Source: a virus (taxonomy: Duplodnaviria > Caudoviricetes). From it: 37,851 nt of DNA. Positions 8,414-19,400 of the stretch are shown piece by piece. The notes below the pieces were generated by a model, which saw nothing but the letters and a program-made list of their open reading frames with translations, had not been told where the DNA came from and did no database searches. Within the stretch, counting starts at the first letter, position 1; every line of letters starts with the position of its first letter. The DNA lies in the IMG/VR virus record IMGVR_UViG_3300016263_000427, positions 1-37,851 of that record; one strand, given 5' to 3'. A program made the position numbers and the translations under genes.

Positions 8414-10090
8414 ATGTCAAACTTAGTTAATTCTCTGTTGACTGAATCCGCTACCACAGCATTCTCTGACCAACATGGTGTTGCTCAGCGTCTTGCTAAG
8501 AAGTGGGCTAAGTCTGGCCTGCTTGAGGGCCTCCAGGATTACGACCAAAACAACATGGCCGTTATCCTCGAAAACCAAGCAAAACAACTCGTAGTTGAGT
8601 CTTCTCAAACTGCTGGTAACTACACTCCTGGTCAAGCTGGTGGTGCTACTTTCACTCCTGGTGTTGGTGAGCAGTGGGCTGGCGTAGCTCTTCCTCTGGT
8701 GCGTAAGATCTTCGGTCAGATCGCATCTAAAGAGTTCGTTTCAGTTCAACCTATGAACTTGCCTGCAGGTCTGGTGTTCTATTTGGATTTCCAATATGGT
8801 GACACTAAGCAGCCTTTCACAGCTACTAACTCTATCTATGGTACGCCTTCTGCTAACTTTGGTAACCAAGCTGCTGGTGCTCTTTATGGCGCTGGTCGTT
8901 TCGGTTATTCCCTGAACCAGTTTAGCGCTTCTATCAGTGCATCAAATGCTACATCAGCTTCTGCAACATGGGCTGAATTGAACTTTGATGCGAACTACTC
9001 TGCTTCAGCAGCTGCATCTACAGTTACAAAAATTACTGTAACTACTTCTTCTTTGTCTGGTAGTGCTAATCTTGATGGAGTACGTGCATTTATCGTAGCT
9101 TCTGGTTCTACTTTGTTAGCTGGAGATAACTTGCAACAGTTCACAGAAGTTTCTGCTTCTGCAGCTGGTGTATATGTTAACTTCTACGTTAACAAAGCCC
9201 TTCGTGCGTTCAGTAACAACGATACTTATGTTGTTTATTACAACAAAGCTACTGATTTCAACGCGCGTGGTGATTTCGAAGATCGTTCAGGTCTTCCTTC
9301 AGTTCCTAACGCTGCTTCAGCTACATCTATCGTTATCCCTGAGATCAACGTACAGATGAAGTCACAGACCATCTCTGCCAAGACACGTAAGTTGAAGGCA
9401 CAGTGGACTCCTGAATTTGCTCAGGACCTGAATGCATACCACTCTTTGGATGCAGAAGCTGAATTGACTGGCTTGCTTTCTGAGTACATCTCTCTTGAGA
9501 TCGACCTCGAAGTGCTTGACATGCTGATTCAGAATGCTCCTACCATTGAGTACTGGTCTGCAAAAGTTGGTAACCAAATCAATACTACCAACACAGCGTT
9601 TACCGCTAATACAGCTGGAGTGTACTACACTCAGATGAGCTGGTTCCAAACTCTGGGTATCAAACTTCAGAAAGTTTCTAACATCATTCACCAGCGCACG
9701 CTGCGTGGTGGTGCAAACTTCCTCGTTTGCTCTCCTACAGTTGCTACAGTACTTGAGTCCATCCCTGGATTCGCTGCTGATACTGATGGTGCAGCTGACA
9801 CAATGAAGTATGCTTTCGGCGTACAGAAGATTGGTCAGTTGAACAGCCGTTACAAGGTTTACAAAAACCCTTACATGACAGAGAACGTGATTCTGCTCGG
9901 TTTCCGTGGCAATCAGTTCCTCGAGTGTGGCGCTGTTTACTCACCTTACGTACCGCTCATCATGACGCCTTTGGTGTACGATCCTAATACCTTCACTCCA
10001 CGTAAAGGTATCATGACTCGCTACGCCATGACTATGGTTCGTCCTGAATTCTACGGTCTCGTAGTAGTAGCTGATCTGAATGTGGTTTAA
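8414..10090 (+). CDS. Major capsid protein (T4 gp23-like)
   Basis: Motifs KWAKSGLLEG, VSVQPMNLPAGLVFYLDFQY, AKTRKLKAQWTPEFAQDLNAYHSLDAEAEL, YSPYVPL and FTPRKGIMTRY. Confidence 0.96.
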   Translation: MSNLVNSLLTESATTAFSDQHGVAQRLAKKWAKSGLLEGLQDYDQNNMAVILENQAKQLVVESSQTAGNYTPGQAGGATFTPGVGEQWAGVALPLVRKIFGQIASKEFVSVQPMNLPAGLVFYLDFQYGDTKQPFTATNSIYGTPSANFGNQAAGALYGAGRFGYSLNQFSASISASNATSASATWAELNFDANYSASAAASTVTKITVTTSSLSGSANLDGVRAFIVASGSTLLAGDNLQQFTEVSASAAGVYVNFYVNKALRAFSNNDTYVVYYNKATDFNARGDFEDRSGLPSVPNAASATSIVIPEINVQMKSQTISAKTRKLKAQWTPEFAQDLNAYHSLDAEAELTGLLSEYISLEIDLEVLDMLIQNAPTIEYWSAKVGNQINTTNTAFTANTAGVYYTQMSWFQTLGIKLQKVSNIIHQRTLRGGANFLVCSPTVATVLESIPGFAADTDGAADTMKYAFGVQKIGQLNSRYKVYKNPYMTENVILLGFRGNQFLECGAVYSPYVPLIMTPLVYDPNTFTPRKGIMTRYAMTMVRPEFYGLVVVADLNVV

Positions 10091-10114
10091 TAGCCGCTTA
10101 GGATAGCTAAAAAT

Positions 10115-10146
10115 AAAAGGGGCCCCTATTTTGGGGCCCTTTTTTT
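10115..10146 (+). terminator. Rho-independent terminator after the capsid gene (possibly bidirectional)
   Basis: AAAAG-GGGCCCC-tatttt-GGGGCCC-TTTTTTT. Confidence 0.9.
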
Positions 10147-10161
10147 ATTTAGTCTAGTCTA

Positions 10162-10170
10162 GATATTTAT
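10162..10170 (+). promoter_or_regulatory. Putative late promoter motif GATATTTAT
   Basis: Exact motif just after the terminator and upstream of ATG 10194. Confidence 0.7.
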
Positions 10171-10193
10171 TTAGGAAGGTAAACTCATTATAA

Positions 10194-11369
10194 ATGGCTT
10201 CAACAGCAACAACACCTATATGGGACGGCACCGCGGGAACTATTTCTGGATCAACCCCTTTTGGTTTCTATGATTCAGATGCACTTTTTCAATTAGATGG
10301 TCCTAAAGTAGCTAACTATTGTGCTAAGAAATTAGGTTGGCCAATAATGGAAGTGGAATTGCAATCAGGATCTTTTTATGCCTGCTTTGAAGAGGCCGTT
10401 TCTGTTTATGCTGAAGAAGTTTATCAATCAAAAATAAAAGATAACTACCTCAGTCTTGAGGGTTCTCCTACTGGTTCACCTTTAAATAACACAGTAGTAG
10501 TACCTAGTTTGAACTCTATTATTACGGTTGCTGAAAATTATGGAACACCTATACAAGTTGGTGGATACGTTAATCAGTATAAAGCACCCCTTTATTTAAC
10601 GCAAAGTCAGCAAACTTATGATTTACAGGCTTGGGCTTTATCAGGCAGTCTTATAGCAGCAGGAGATCGTATTGTGATCAATCGCATTTACTATGAAGCT
10701 CAACCTGCGATTAACCAGTATTATGATCCCTATATTGGAGGATCTATTAACTATCAAGGTGCAACTGAAAACTTTGGTTGGGCTTCTTACTCTCCTGGTC
10801 TAAACTTCGTACTATTTCCTATCTATTGGGATATAGCTCGTATACAAGAGATTGAAATGTCAAACACGGTTCGCCGTTCTTATTACTCATTCCAGATTAC
10901 CAATAATAAACTCACGATATTCCCTTGGCCAGATAAAGATGGTATTGTAGTTTGGATTGATTATGCTAAGAAGAGTGAAATGTCAAATGCGCAGATGAAC
11001 TCACCTTATTCTGGCAGCACTAATCTGGTTACAAATCCTTCAAATGTACCTTATTCTTCTATAACATATTCAACTATAAATCAACCTGGTAGACAGTGGA
11101 TTTATGAGTACACACTAGCACTCGCCTCAGAGTTGCTCGGCCTTATAAGAGGCAAATATACTCAGATCCCAGCTCCAGGTTCAGAGGTTACACTTAATGG
11201 TGCAGATCTTATTGCAAAAGGTCGTGAAGCTCAAACTGCTTTAAGAGAGAGATTAAGAGGAGATCTTGAAGATATGTCACGTAGAGCTCAATTAGAACGT
11301 AAACAATCAGAAAATCAGTCTATATCTAGTACGTTAAATGAAGTACCAATGTTTATCTACTTAGGATAA
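10194..11369 (+). CDS. Neck / head-tail adaptor protein (T4 gp13-like)
   Basis: YCAKKLGWPIMEVEL and WIYEYTLALASELLGLIRGKY...VTLNGADL resemble gp13 motifs. Follows the capsid gene. Confidence 0.8.
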   Translation: MASTATTPIWDGTAGTISGSTPFGFYDSDALFQLDGPKVANYCAKKLGWPIMEVELQSGSFYACFEEAVSVYAEEVYQSKIKDNYLSLEGSPTGSPLNNTVVVPSLNSIITVAENYGTPIQVGGYVNQYKAPLYLTQSQQTYDLQAWALSGSLIAAGDRIVINRIYYEAQPAINQYYDPYIGGSINYQGATENFGWASYSPGLNFVLFPIYWDIARIQEIEMSNTVRRSYYSFQITNNKLTIFPWPDKDGIVVWIDYAKKSEMSNAQMNSPYSGSTNLVTNPSNVPYSSITYSTINQPGRQWIYEYTLALASELLGLIRGKYTQIPAPGSEVTLNGADLIAKGREAQTALRERLRGDLEDMSRRAQLERKQSENQSISSTLNEVPMFIYLG

Positions 11370-11370
11370 T

Positions 11371-11862
11371 ATGTCAATATTTGGTTCAGCAAGAGATGTA
11401 GCAACATTTAAAATCTTCACAAAAGAGATTGTTGAGGACATAGTCTCTCAAGAAGTCGGATATTACAAAGTAAAATTAGATCAAACACCTGTTAATGTAT
11501 ACGGTGAAGCAATGGAAAAATATTTTATTGGACCTGTGCTCATACCGTGTTTAATCGTTAGAGGAGAATTCAATAGAGAAACCACAGACTATGGTCCTGA
11601 TACCGTTCGTTCAGTAGACTTTAGATTCTTTAAAGATCATCTTATTGAAGCGAATATAGTCCCAGAAGTTGGTGATGTGGTCATGTATAATGAAGACTAC
11701 TATGAGGTTAATAATGTAAATGAAAACCAGCTGATCTTGGGCAAGAATCCTGATTATCAGTATTCATCAGGACCTGGAGATTTTGGTCAATCCTATTCTA
11801 TAATATTAACTTGTCAATACGCTAGTCCTGATAGCCTTGGCATAACTAAACAGAGATTGTAA
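11371..11862 (+). CDS. Head closure / neck protein (T4 gp14-like)
   Basis: NVYGEA and PEVGDVVMYNEDYYEVNNV motifs. Follows the gp13-like gene. Confidence 0.7.
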   Translation: MSIFGSARDVATFKIFTKEIVEDIVSQEVGYYKVKLDQTPVNVYGEAMEKYFIGPVLIPCLIVRGEFNRETTDYGPDTVRSVDFRFFKDHLIEANIVPEVGDVVMYNEDYYEVNNVNENQLILGKNPDYQYSSGPGDFGQSYSIILTCQYASPDSLGITKQRL

Positions 11863-13130
11863 TGGCAATACAAGTAGTTAGACCGCAGAATCGTAGGGAG
11901 TTTATGAGCAAGCTCGTTGGGCCTGCTTATGATCCTAAAGAGGGTACAGTACCTAAACCATTCTCTGAGCCAACTAAACTAGGACAACCCGAACAGAATC
12001 GTGCTTATCAAACGACTGTTAAAGGCGATAAAGAAAAAGACTTCTATATCGGTATTAAAGATATCGATGAAGCGGTCTTCTATTACTTTAATAATGTGCT
12101 GAAATTATCTGTGGTTCAGAATAACGCCAGGCTAAACGTGCCAGTTATATATGGCACACCAGAAAACTGGAAGTCTGTACAAGCAGACGGATTTTATAGA
12201 GATGAGAACGGCAAGTTAATGGCTCCTCTACTGATGTTTAAGAGAACAAACATCACCCAGAACAGAGACTTAGGGTATAAACTTGACGGTAATCTAGTTC
12301 ACAACCTACAGACTTTTGAAACCACATTTAATAGGCGCAACTTTTATAGTAATTTTAACATACTAAACAGTCGTGTCCCAGAAAAAAAGTATGTGGTGTC
12401 AGTCACTCCAGACTATGTAACAGTATCCTACGATTGCATACTTTGGACTTATTTCGTTGAGCAGATGGACAAGCTCATTGAGGCTGTTAATTTCGCTTCC
12501 AGAAGCTACTGGGGTGACCCCAACCGCTTCCAGTTCTTGAGCTCGATAGAATCATTTGACGACTCAATCACGTATAACGTGGGCGAAAATAGAGCTGTTA
12601 GGACAAACTTTAATTTGACTATTAATGGCTATCTTATACCTGATACTATAAACAAAAAACTGGCCAATGCTAGCGTTTACTACGGAGTTTCTAAGATCGT
12701 GTTTGGTCTTGAAACTGCAGATAGTCAGGAGCAATTTTCAGCAGCTGTTAAAAAGACTACTAAAAAAGGAGGAGCAAAATCTGTATTGCTTAATGACTCT
12801 GTGAATAATGTTAACAATATAACAATTAATAATAATAATTTTGATGCTGCGCTTGCCACTTATTTAGATACTAATAAGACAGTTACAGGCACAGTTACAG
12901 CTGCTAACACTGCGACATTCGCAAATGGTTGGTTAACAGCACCTTCACCTCTGCCTGCTACTTCTGTAGCCAACTTTACATTCTTTGTAAACGGCCAGTA
13001 TGTGGAACCTTCAAGTATAACAAGCTTCACTCAAGCTGCTGGAGTATCAACTCTTGTTCTGAACACCGCGACTTTAGGATACTCTCTTGAAAACACAGAT
13101 GTGGTAATAGCTGTAGGTAAATTCTCATAA
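11862..13130 (+). CDS. Tail completion / sheath terminator protein (T4 gp15-like) with extra C-terminal beta domain
   Basis: VPVIYGTPENW...PLLMF and PDYVTVSYDCILWT...EQMDKLIE...INGYLIP. An Asn-rich linker precedes the extra domain. Confidence 0.7.
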   Translation: MAIQVVRPQNRREFMSKLVGPAYDPKEGTVPKPFSEPTKLGQPEQNRAYQTTVKGDKEKDFYIGIKDIDEAVFYYFNNVLKLSVVQNNARLNVPVIYGTPENWKSVQADGFYRDENGKLMAPLLMFKRTNITQNRDLGYKLDGNLVHNLQTFETTFNRRNFYSNFNILNSRVPEKKYVVSVTPDYVTVSYDCILWTYFVEQMDKLIEAVNFASRSYWGDPNRFQFLSSIESFDDSITYNVGENRAVRTNFNLTINGYLIPDTINKKLANASVYYGVSKIVFGLETADSQEQFSAAVKKTTKKGGAKSVLLNDSVNNVNNITINNNNFDAALATYLDTNKTVTGTVTAANTATFANGWLTAPSPLPATSVANFTFFVNGQYVEPSSITSFTQAAGVSTLVLNTATLGYSLENTDVVIAVGKFS

Positions 13131-13131
13131 T

Positions 13132-13350
13132 ATGGCAAGGTTGAAACTAAAACAAGTACTATCTAGCCTCTCTTATAACGAGACCACAAATACGCTATAT
13201 CTTAGCGGTAGCTCAGATCCCTCATTTGTGATCACAGGCTCTCTATATGTGACCTCATCTGCAACTGTTACAGGTTCTGTAACCATAGCCGGTGTCGATA
13301 CTTTTGGAGATTCTGGCTCATTTTATGTTGAAGATTTGGGAGATTATTGA
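13132..13350 (+). CDS. Small virion-associated protein with SGS/TGS motifs
   Basis: 72-aa ORF with four [ST]GS motifs like those in the giant fibre. Confidence 0.65.
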   Translation: MARLKLKQVLSSLSYNETTNTLYLSGSSDPSFVITGSLYVTSSATVTGSVTIAGVDTFGDSGSFYVEDLGDY

Positions 13351-13357
13351 TATTTAT
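13349..13357 (+). promoter_or_regulatory. Putative late promoter motif GATATTTAT
   Basis: Exact motif upstream of the giant fibre gene. Confidence 0.65.
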
Positions 13358-13362
13358 TCCTT

Positions 13363-13412
13363 GAAGCTATATAGCTTCTAATGGTTACGGTAGCTAGTAT
13401 ATACTAAAACCG
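13363..13412. repeat. Two perfect palindromes in the leader of the giant fibre gene
   Basis: GAAGCTATATAGCTTC (13363-13378) and TAGTATATACTA (13395-13406), the second enclosed by CGGT...ACCG. Confidence 0.75.
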
Positions 13413-13422
13413 AAGTAGACAG

Positions 13423-16400
13423 ATGTCTAATCAAATCTTAAAACTGCGCAGGAGCTCTGTTCCTGGCAAAATACCTACTACCTCTTCGCTTGATTTCGGC
13501 GAGATTGCGCTGAATACATACGATGGCTTGGCTTTTATAAAGAAGTCAGGATCTAATGGAGAGGAGATTGTAACTATAGGTGCTACTTCTGGTTCATTTA
13601 CTGGCTCACTTTTTGGTACTGCTTCTTACTCTCTTTTTGCAATAAGCTCATCTTATTCTACAAATATAGGTGGAGAGCCTTTTTATATAGCTGTATTCAA
13701 CGGAACAAACCAACTAACTAGTTCCACTATATATCAGTCTGCGTCTTTTACGTCTATAAGAAATGTAACCACACCAATAGATCCCACAAACCCAGATGTT
13801 CTCTATGTAGATGGTACTGGTTTACCAACTAGAAATATTATATCTGCGCACAGCGATCAAAATCAATATGTACAGATGTATATCCAGAACTTTAATAATT
13901 CTGGAGATGCTTCTTCTGATATAGTAGCGAGTGCTGATAATGCCACAGAGAGTGAGTACTACATTGACATGGGTATCAATAGTAGTGGATACACAAACAC
14001 CGCTATTGTAGGAACTCAAAATGACGCTTATCTTTATTCTACAGGAAATAACTTACTTATAGGCAATGCTTCTACAAGTAGAAAAGTCATCATATTCAAC
14101 GGTGGTTTAGATGCAGAAGCAAACGCAAGGATTTACGTACACGAGCAGGGAACTGTAACAGTAAACACTAACACGTATAATCCAACTAACCCACCTTCAC
14201 TACAAGTACAAGCACTCAATGAAACTATATTCAATCTCATAAGTGCTTACGGTAGTACAGATAACTATCTTGAGAATAATATAGTAAATGCTAATATAGG
14301 CACAACAGCATCTGCTGACTTTGTTGCTTATAATGATATAGATCCTTCTAATCAGACCGCTGGTTACATAGACATGGGTATAAACTCCACTAACTATGTG
14401 CCAGGAGTTGACTATCCTGGAGCTGCCGGCGATGCCTATCTCTATACTGATTCTCATCATCTGATATTAGGTGCTACCTCTGCTAGTGGAGATACAAGGG
14501 TAAGTTTGTTTGCAGGAGGAGGATCTGAAGCTGATAACTCTAAGTTGATATTATACGGCCACAATCAACACGAGATGACTGGGTCACTAAACATGAGTGG
14601 TAGTCTCGTAGTAACAGATGGCATTACAGGATCGCTGTATGGCACGGCTAGTTGGGCAGAAAATGTATTGACAGCTAGTTATGTTGAAAATGCTCTATCT
14701 GCTTCTTATGCGCAAACCGCATCTTATGTCGAGCTAGCACAATCTGCATCTTATGTAGAACAAGCAATATCAGCATCTTTTGCTACTACCGCTTCTTATG
14801 TAGAGAATGCGCAAACTGCAAGTTACATATTAAATGCAGTCAGTGCTGCTTTTGCAACTAACGCAGCCACAGCTTCTTCAGCTGATGACTTTATAGTTAG
14901 AGGCTCATTAACAGGCTCAGATGCTCTGTTTACCGGTACTATAACAGCTCAGAGACTTAATGTGCAGTACATCACTGCATCAACTGAAATAATTACTGGT
15001 TCTACAAAATTTGGAACACAACTCACAGATACTCACCAGTTCACAGGATCTGTTTCTATAACAGGTAGTTTAACTGTTAATGGCACGTTAAATGCCACTT
15101 CTAGTTTTGCACAAAACGCTGTATCTGCATCTTTTGCATCAACAGCTTCATTTGTACAACTATCACAGACTGCTTCTTATGTTCAACAAGCGCAGTCTGC
15201 ATCTTATATATTACAAGCAGTATCAGCATCTTTTGCAAGTACAGCTAGCTATGTACAATTAGCACAAAGCGCAAGCTACACACTCAATGCTCAATCTGCA
15301 TCCTACGTTCAGACCGCACAGACAGCATCTTATGTGCAACTAGCTCAGAGTGCAAGCTATGTGTTTCAGGCTGTAAGTGCATCATTTGCTGCCACGGCTT
15401 CATTTGTTACACTAGCGCAGACGGCTAGTTACGTGCTACAAGCGGTTAGTGCCTCTTTTGCTAGCACTGCTTCGTTTGTAACCACAGCTCAGACAGCAAG
15501 TTTTGTAACGACTGCACAGACTGCGTCTTTTGTTACTACCTCTCAAACTGCTTCATTTGTAACAGCATCTAATGTATATGGACCTTTTGGTAGTAGTAGT
15601 GTTTTAAGTTCTTCTTACGCGTTAACAGCTTCCTTTGCTCTAAATGCAGGAGGTGCTACAGCTATCACAGTAGCAGATGAAGGCACATCACAAGGTACAG
15701 CAACGTTTTTGAACTTTACTGGAGCAGGAGTAACAGCTACGATCTCATCTAATACAGCTTCTATTAATATACCTGGAGGAGCAGGCACTACTTTTCCTTA
15801 TACTGGTTCAGCCATTATAAGCGGTAGTTTGCAAGTAACTGGATCAATATCCTCAGCCGGAGGATTCACAGGATCTCTTTTAGGTACTGCAAGCTGGGCA
15901 CAAAATGCTATCACCGCTTCTTATGTTCAACAAGCTGTTTCTTCATCTTTTGCCACTACTGCTTCTTATTCTATTAGCTCTTCTTATGCTGTTACTGCAT
16001 CTTATGCTATGTCTGCTTCTCAAGCTCAAACAGCTTCTTACGCCCTGCAAGCAGTCAGTGCTTCTTATTCACAAACTGCATCGTACGGCATCAACATAGT
16101 CATATCAGGTAGCGTTAACAACGCAGACTACATACAGTTCAATACGGCTTCCTCTGTCACTGATGCTGTCGGTAGACTTTACTATGACTCTGGCGAAGGC
16201 ACGATAAAGATAGGAATGGCAGGCGGCAATGTCGTAGCCAACATAGGAGAGGATCTATATCAATACGCTTACAATGCCACAGGTGCGCCTCTCACTAAAG
16301 GACAAGTCGTATACATTTCAGGATCACAAGGCAACAGGATAGCGGTTAAACTGGCTTCTGCAACAGCAGAACAGGGATCAGCTAACACATTGGGACTTGT

Positions 16401-19400
16401 GGCAGAATCTATAGGCACAGGCGGAGAGGGTTGGATACAGACAGAGGGCGTGATGAGGAAGCTAAACACCACCGGCCTGGTCGGAGGTCAACTGCTTTAC
16501 CTCAGCAGCTCAGCAGGACAGTACACTCAGACTAAACCACAAGCTCCACTTCACGAGGTCAGATTGGGTTACGCCGAAAGAATTGATGCGACAGTAGGTT
16601 CTATATACATTAAGATAGACAACGGTTACGAGATCGACGAGCTGCACAACGTATTAGACACCACAACCACTTCTTCCTACGGAGACCTGTTCGTAAAATC
16701 GGGATCCCTGTGGGTAAGCTCTAAGCAGTTGACAGGTTCTTACGGTTTGACAGGATCTTTCAAAGTCACTGGTTCTTTATACCTCTCTACTCCTACTTAT
16801 AATACGTCAAGCGTAAATGTGTTGACGATAAACACAGGAAGTAACGAGACAGAGTACAGCACAATAACTGACTTGACCTACATCAAAAATGTGGTCACAG
16901 TAGGTCTGCCAGGTAGTCTAAACGTAGACTTCAATTCAATAAAATCAGCAGTAGACAGCATCACAGGTGCCACATCTACAAACCCTTACGCAGTAAGAGT
17001 TAGAGCTGGTCTCTACAACGAGGATCCAATACAGATGAAGTCTTTTGTCGCTGTAGTAGGAGACAGTTCAGAGACCACGGTAGTACAAGCAAATGATCCC
17101 AGCCAAAGCCTTTTCTTGGGAGCAGATCAGTCCTTAATATCGGACATGAAGATACAGGGCGTTACTGCCCCTAGTCAATCGGCCATACTCTACTATACTT
17201 CGCAGTCTATAGCCTCTCAAGGCATCGTATACGTTGAGAACGTCAGGTTCGGTGCCAACTACACGCACGCCAAGATGTTCCCTGTTTCGGGCGGTAACGC
17301 CGCGATGCAGTTGACGAACATCAAGTACGGCGCGCAGCCTTTCACCCTTGGCTTCTACATCACCAGCGACGGCATAAGCACTGGCCGCATGTTGTTGAGA
17401 AACACCACGACCACCGCAGGAGGCATACAGTCTACCACCGGCCTCGTCTTCGCTAAAACCGATCAGCCGAACTGTACGCTTTTGGCCAACCTTGTCGGTC
17501 TGACTAAAGTCGGTTCCGGTCCTGCGCAAGGCATAGGATACTGGGTTGAGAACGGTGGTCTTTTGAGGGTCAACACCTCGAACTTGCAGAGGTTCGATAC
17601 GGGCATTTACGTACCGCAAGTGGGATCGGCTCCCACCATCGATGCTGTTGGTCTCAACTTCGAGAACTGCACCACAGACGTAAACATCATACACACGGGT
17701 TCCATCGGTAAAGTTGCCGGCACAGACAACTTCTTGAAGACGCAGATCTCTTACGAGGCTCCCCTTTACGAAGTAGGTCAAGATCAGAGAAAGATAACCG
17801 TAAACAGAAAAGGAGGCGACTTCACTTCGATCAGCGCTTCTGTTGCATACATCACCGATTCTTCTGAAACAAACAGGTACGTCATAGAGGTAGGACCTGG
17901 GGAGTTCGTGGAAAAACAGATAGACCTAAGAAACAAGCCTTACGTCTCCATCATAGGATCTACCATTCAGACCACGCAAATTCGTGCATCGGGAAGCGGT
18001 GATTTCGATCAGATACTTTTAGGTCCTACTAACGAGATTTCTTTCCTTTCTATATACGGCGTTAACACTGCTGGATACGCAGCAATAAAAGTAGACGGAA
18101 CTGGAGATAACTTTGCACAGGCTCACAAGATATCGATATACGATTTTGATTACGGAGTTAAAGTATTCAGCTCCCTCTCCAGCTCTACGTTCTATGGTGA
18201 ATATATAGACATAAACGGACCGTTTACTTACGGAACTTACGTCTCAGCTAGTAATACATCTGCCTCAGTTGCTAGTATGGAAAACTACTACCTGTTCCCT
18301 TCAGGCGGTGTTTCTACAGGTAACTACGGTATAGGCACAGGCGCAGAAATTGATCTCTATACCTGCTTGTTTGTAGGAGATAGCGTAGCAGGATCTACTG
18401 CAATATCTCTATCAGATGGCGCTGTATCAGAGGTGGCAGGATTAGATGCTCAGGATTGGGATTATGCTGTTAGAGTGCCTAACGTAGGTGCAGCTCCTAC
18501 CTTTAGAATGGTGGGTGCCATGATACATGATTCCATAACCTACGACTTCTTTATAGAAAAAGTTGGCACGCAGGGCAGGTATCAAGGTATAGCTGATCAA
18601 AGTAAGATAAGTAACGTAAGCACAGATTTCTATTGGAACTTCCTTGACGACACAGATGGAGAGAACAACATCACAAGAAAAGTCTCTGTAACCTTTGCAG
18701 ACGGTACGAACACAGACGCTACTACGCTGATATTCAAGGGCAGCCCGATGGGTGTCATGCAAGGAGGGGAGATATCTATATCGAGTGGTCTCACAGTGAC
18801 CACAGCGGCTGGCTTCGGTTACTTGCAGGACACTATAGACACAGACGTATACAAGCGCATAGATTGGAACAACACCAACATTACGCTTGCAGCTAACACC
18901 AATAACTATTTATACCTTAATGATAATGCTGTTCTGTCCGCATCTGGTATTGCACCTGATAGTACAACGAACATCATACTTGGTCGTGTAGTCACAAACG
19001 ATACAGGAGTTGAGTTTATAGACCAGACACCTTATGATGGTGAGCACATGTCTAACAAGATCTCTAAATTCAATAGAGAGGCTCTTGGACCTGTGTTTGC
19101 AGAGGGATCTATAGTCACAGAGAATGTGACACCATTTAAACTTGATGTAACTCAAGGCAACTACTACTTCTCTGAAAACAACTTCCTGCCTGCTGGTACG
19201 TCTTCTATAAATCTGACGCAGTACTATATAAGTGCGTCTACTTGGGCCAGATACACTTCTTCTATTGTACCTAGTAAAGTATACGCATCAGGCAGCCAAC
19301 TGGTGCCAATGTCAGCTTCTTACTACACCAAGCACACGGTTTACCTTGTTGGGCAAGGAGTTGATGAAGAGTACTTCTTGGTTATAAACGGCAATCAGTA

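Noticed and set aside
1430-9944. Short alternative-frame and antisense ORFs overlapping portal, scaffold and capsid genes
   Set aside because: Nested in well-supported genes and lack independent signals.
3-10090. Introns or inteins in terminase, portal or capsid genes
   Set aside because: Reading frames are continuous and no homing endonuclease or intein motifs were seen in the visible parts.
17134-17781. 215-aa minus-strand ORF inside the fibre gene
   Set aside because: Explained by scarcity of stop codons in the locally GC-rich block.
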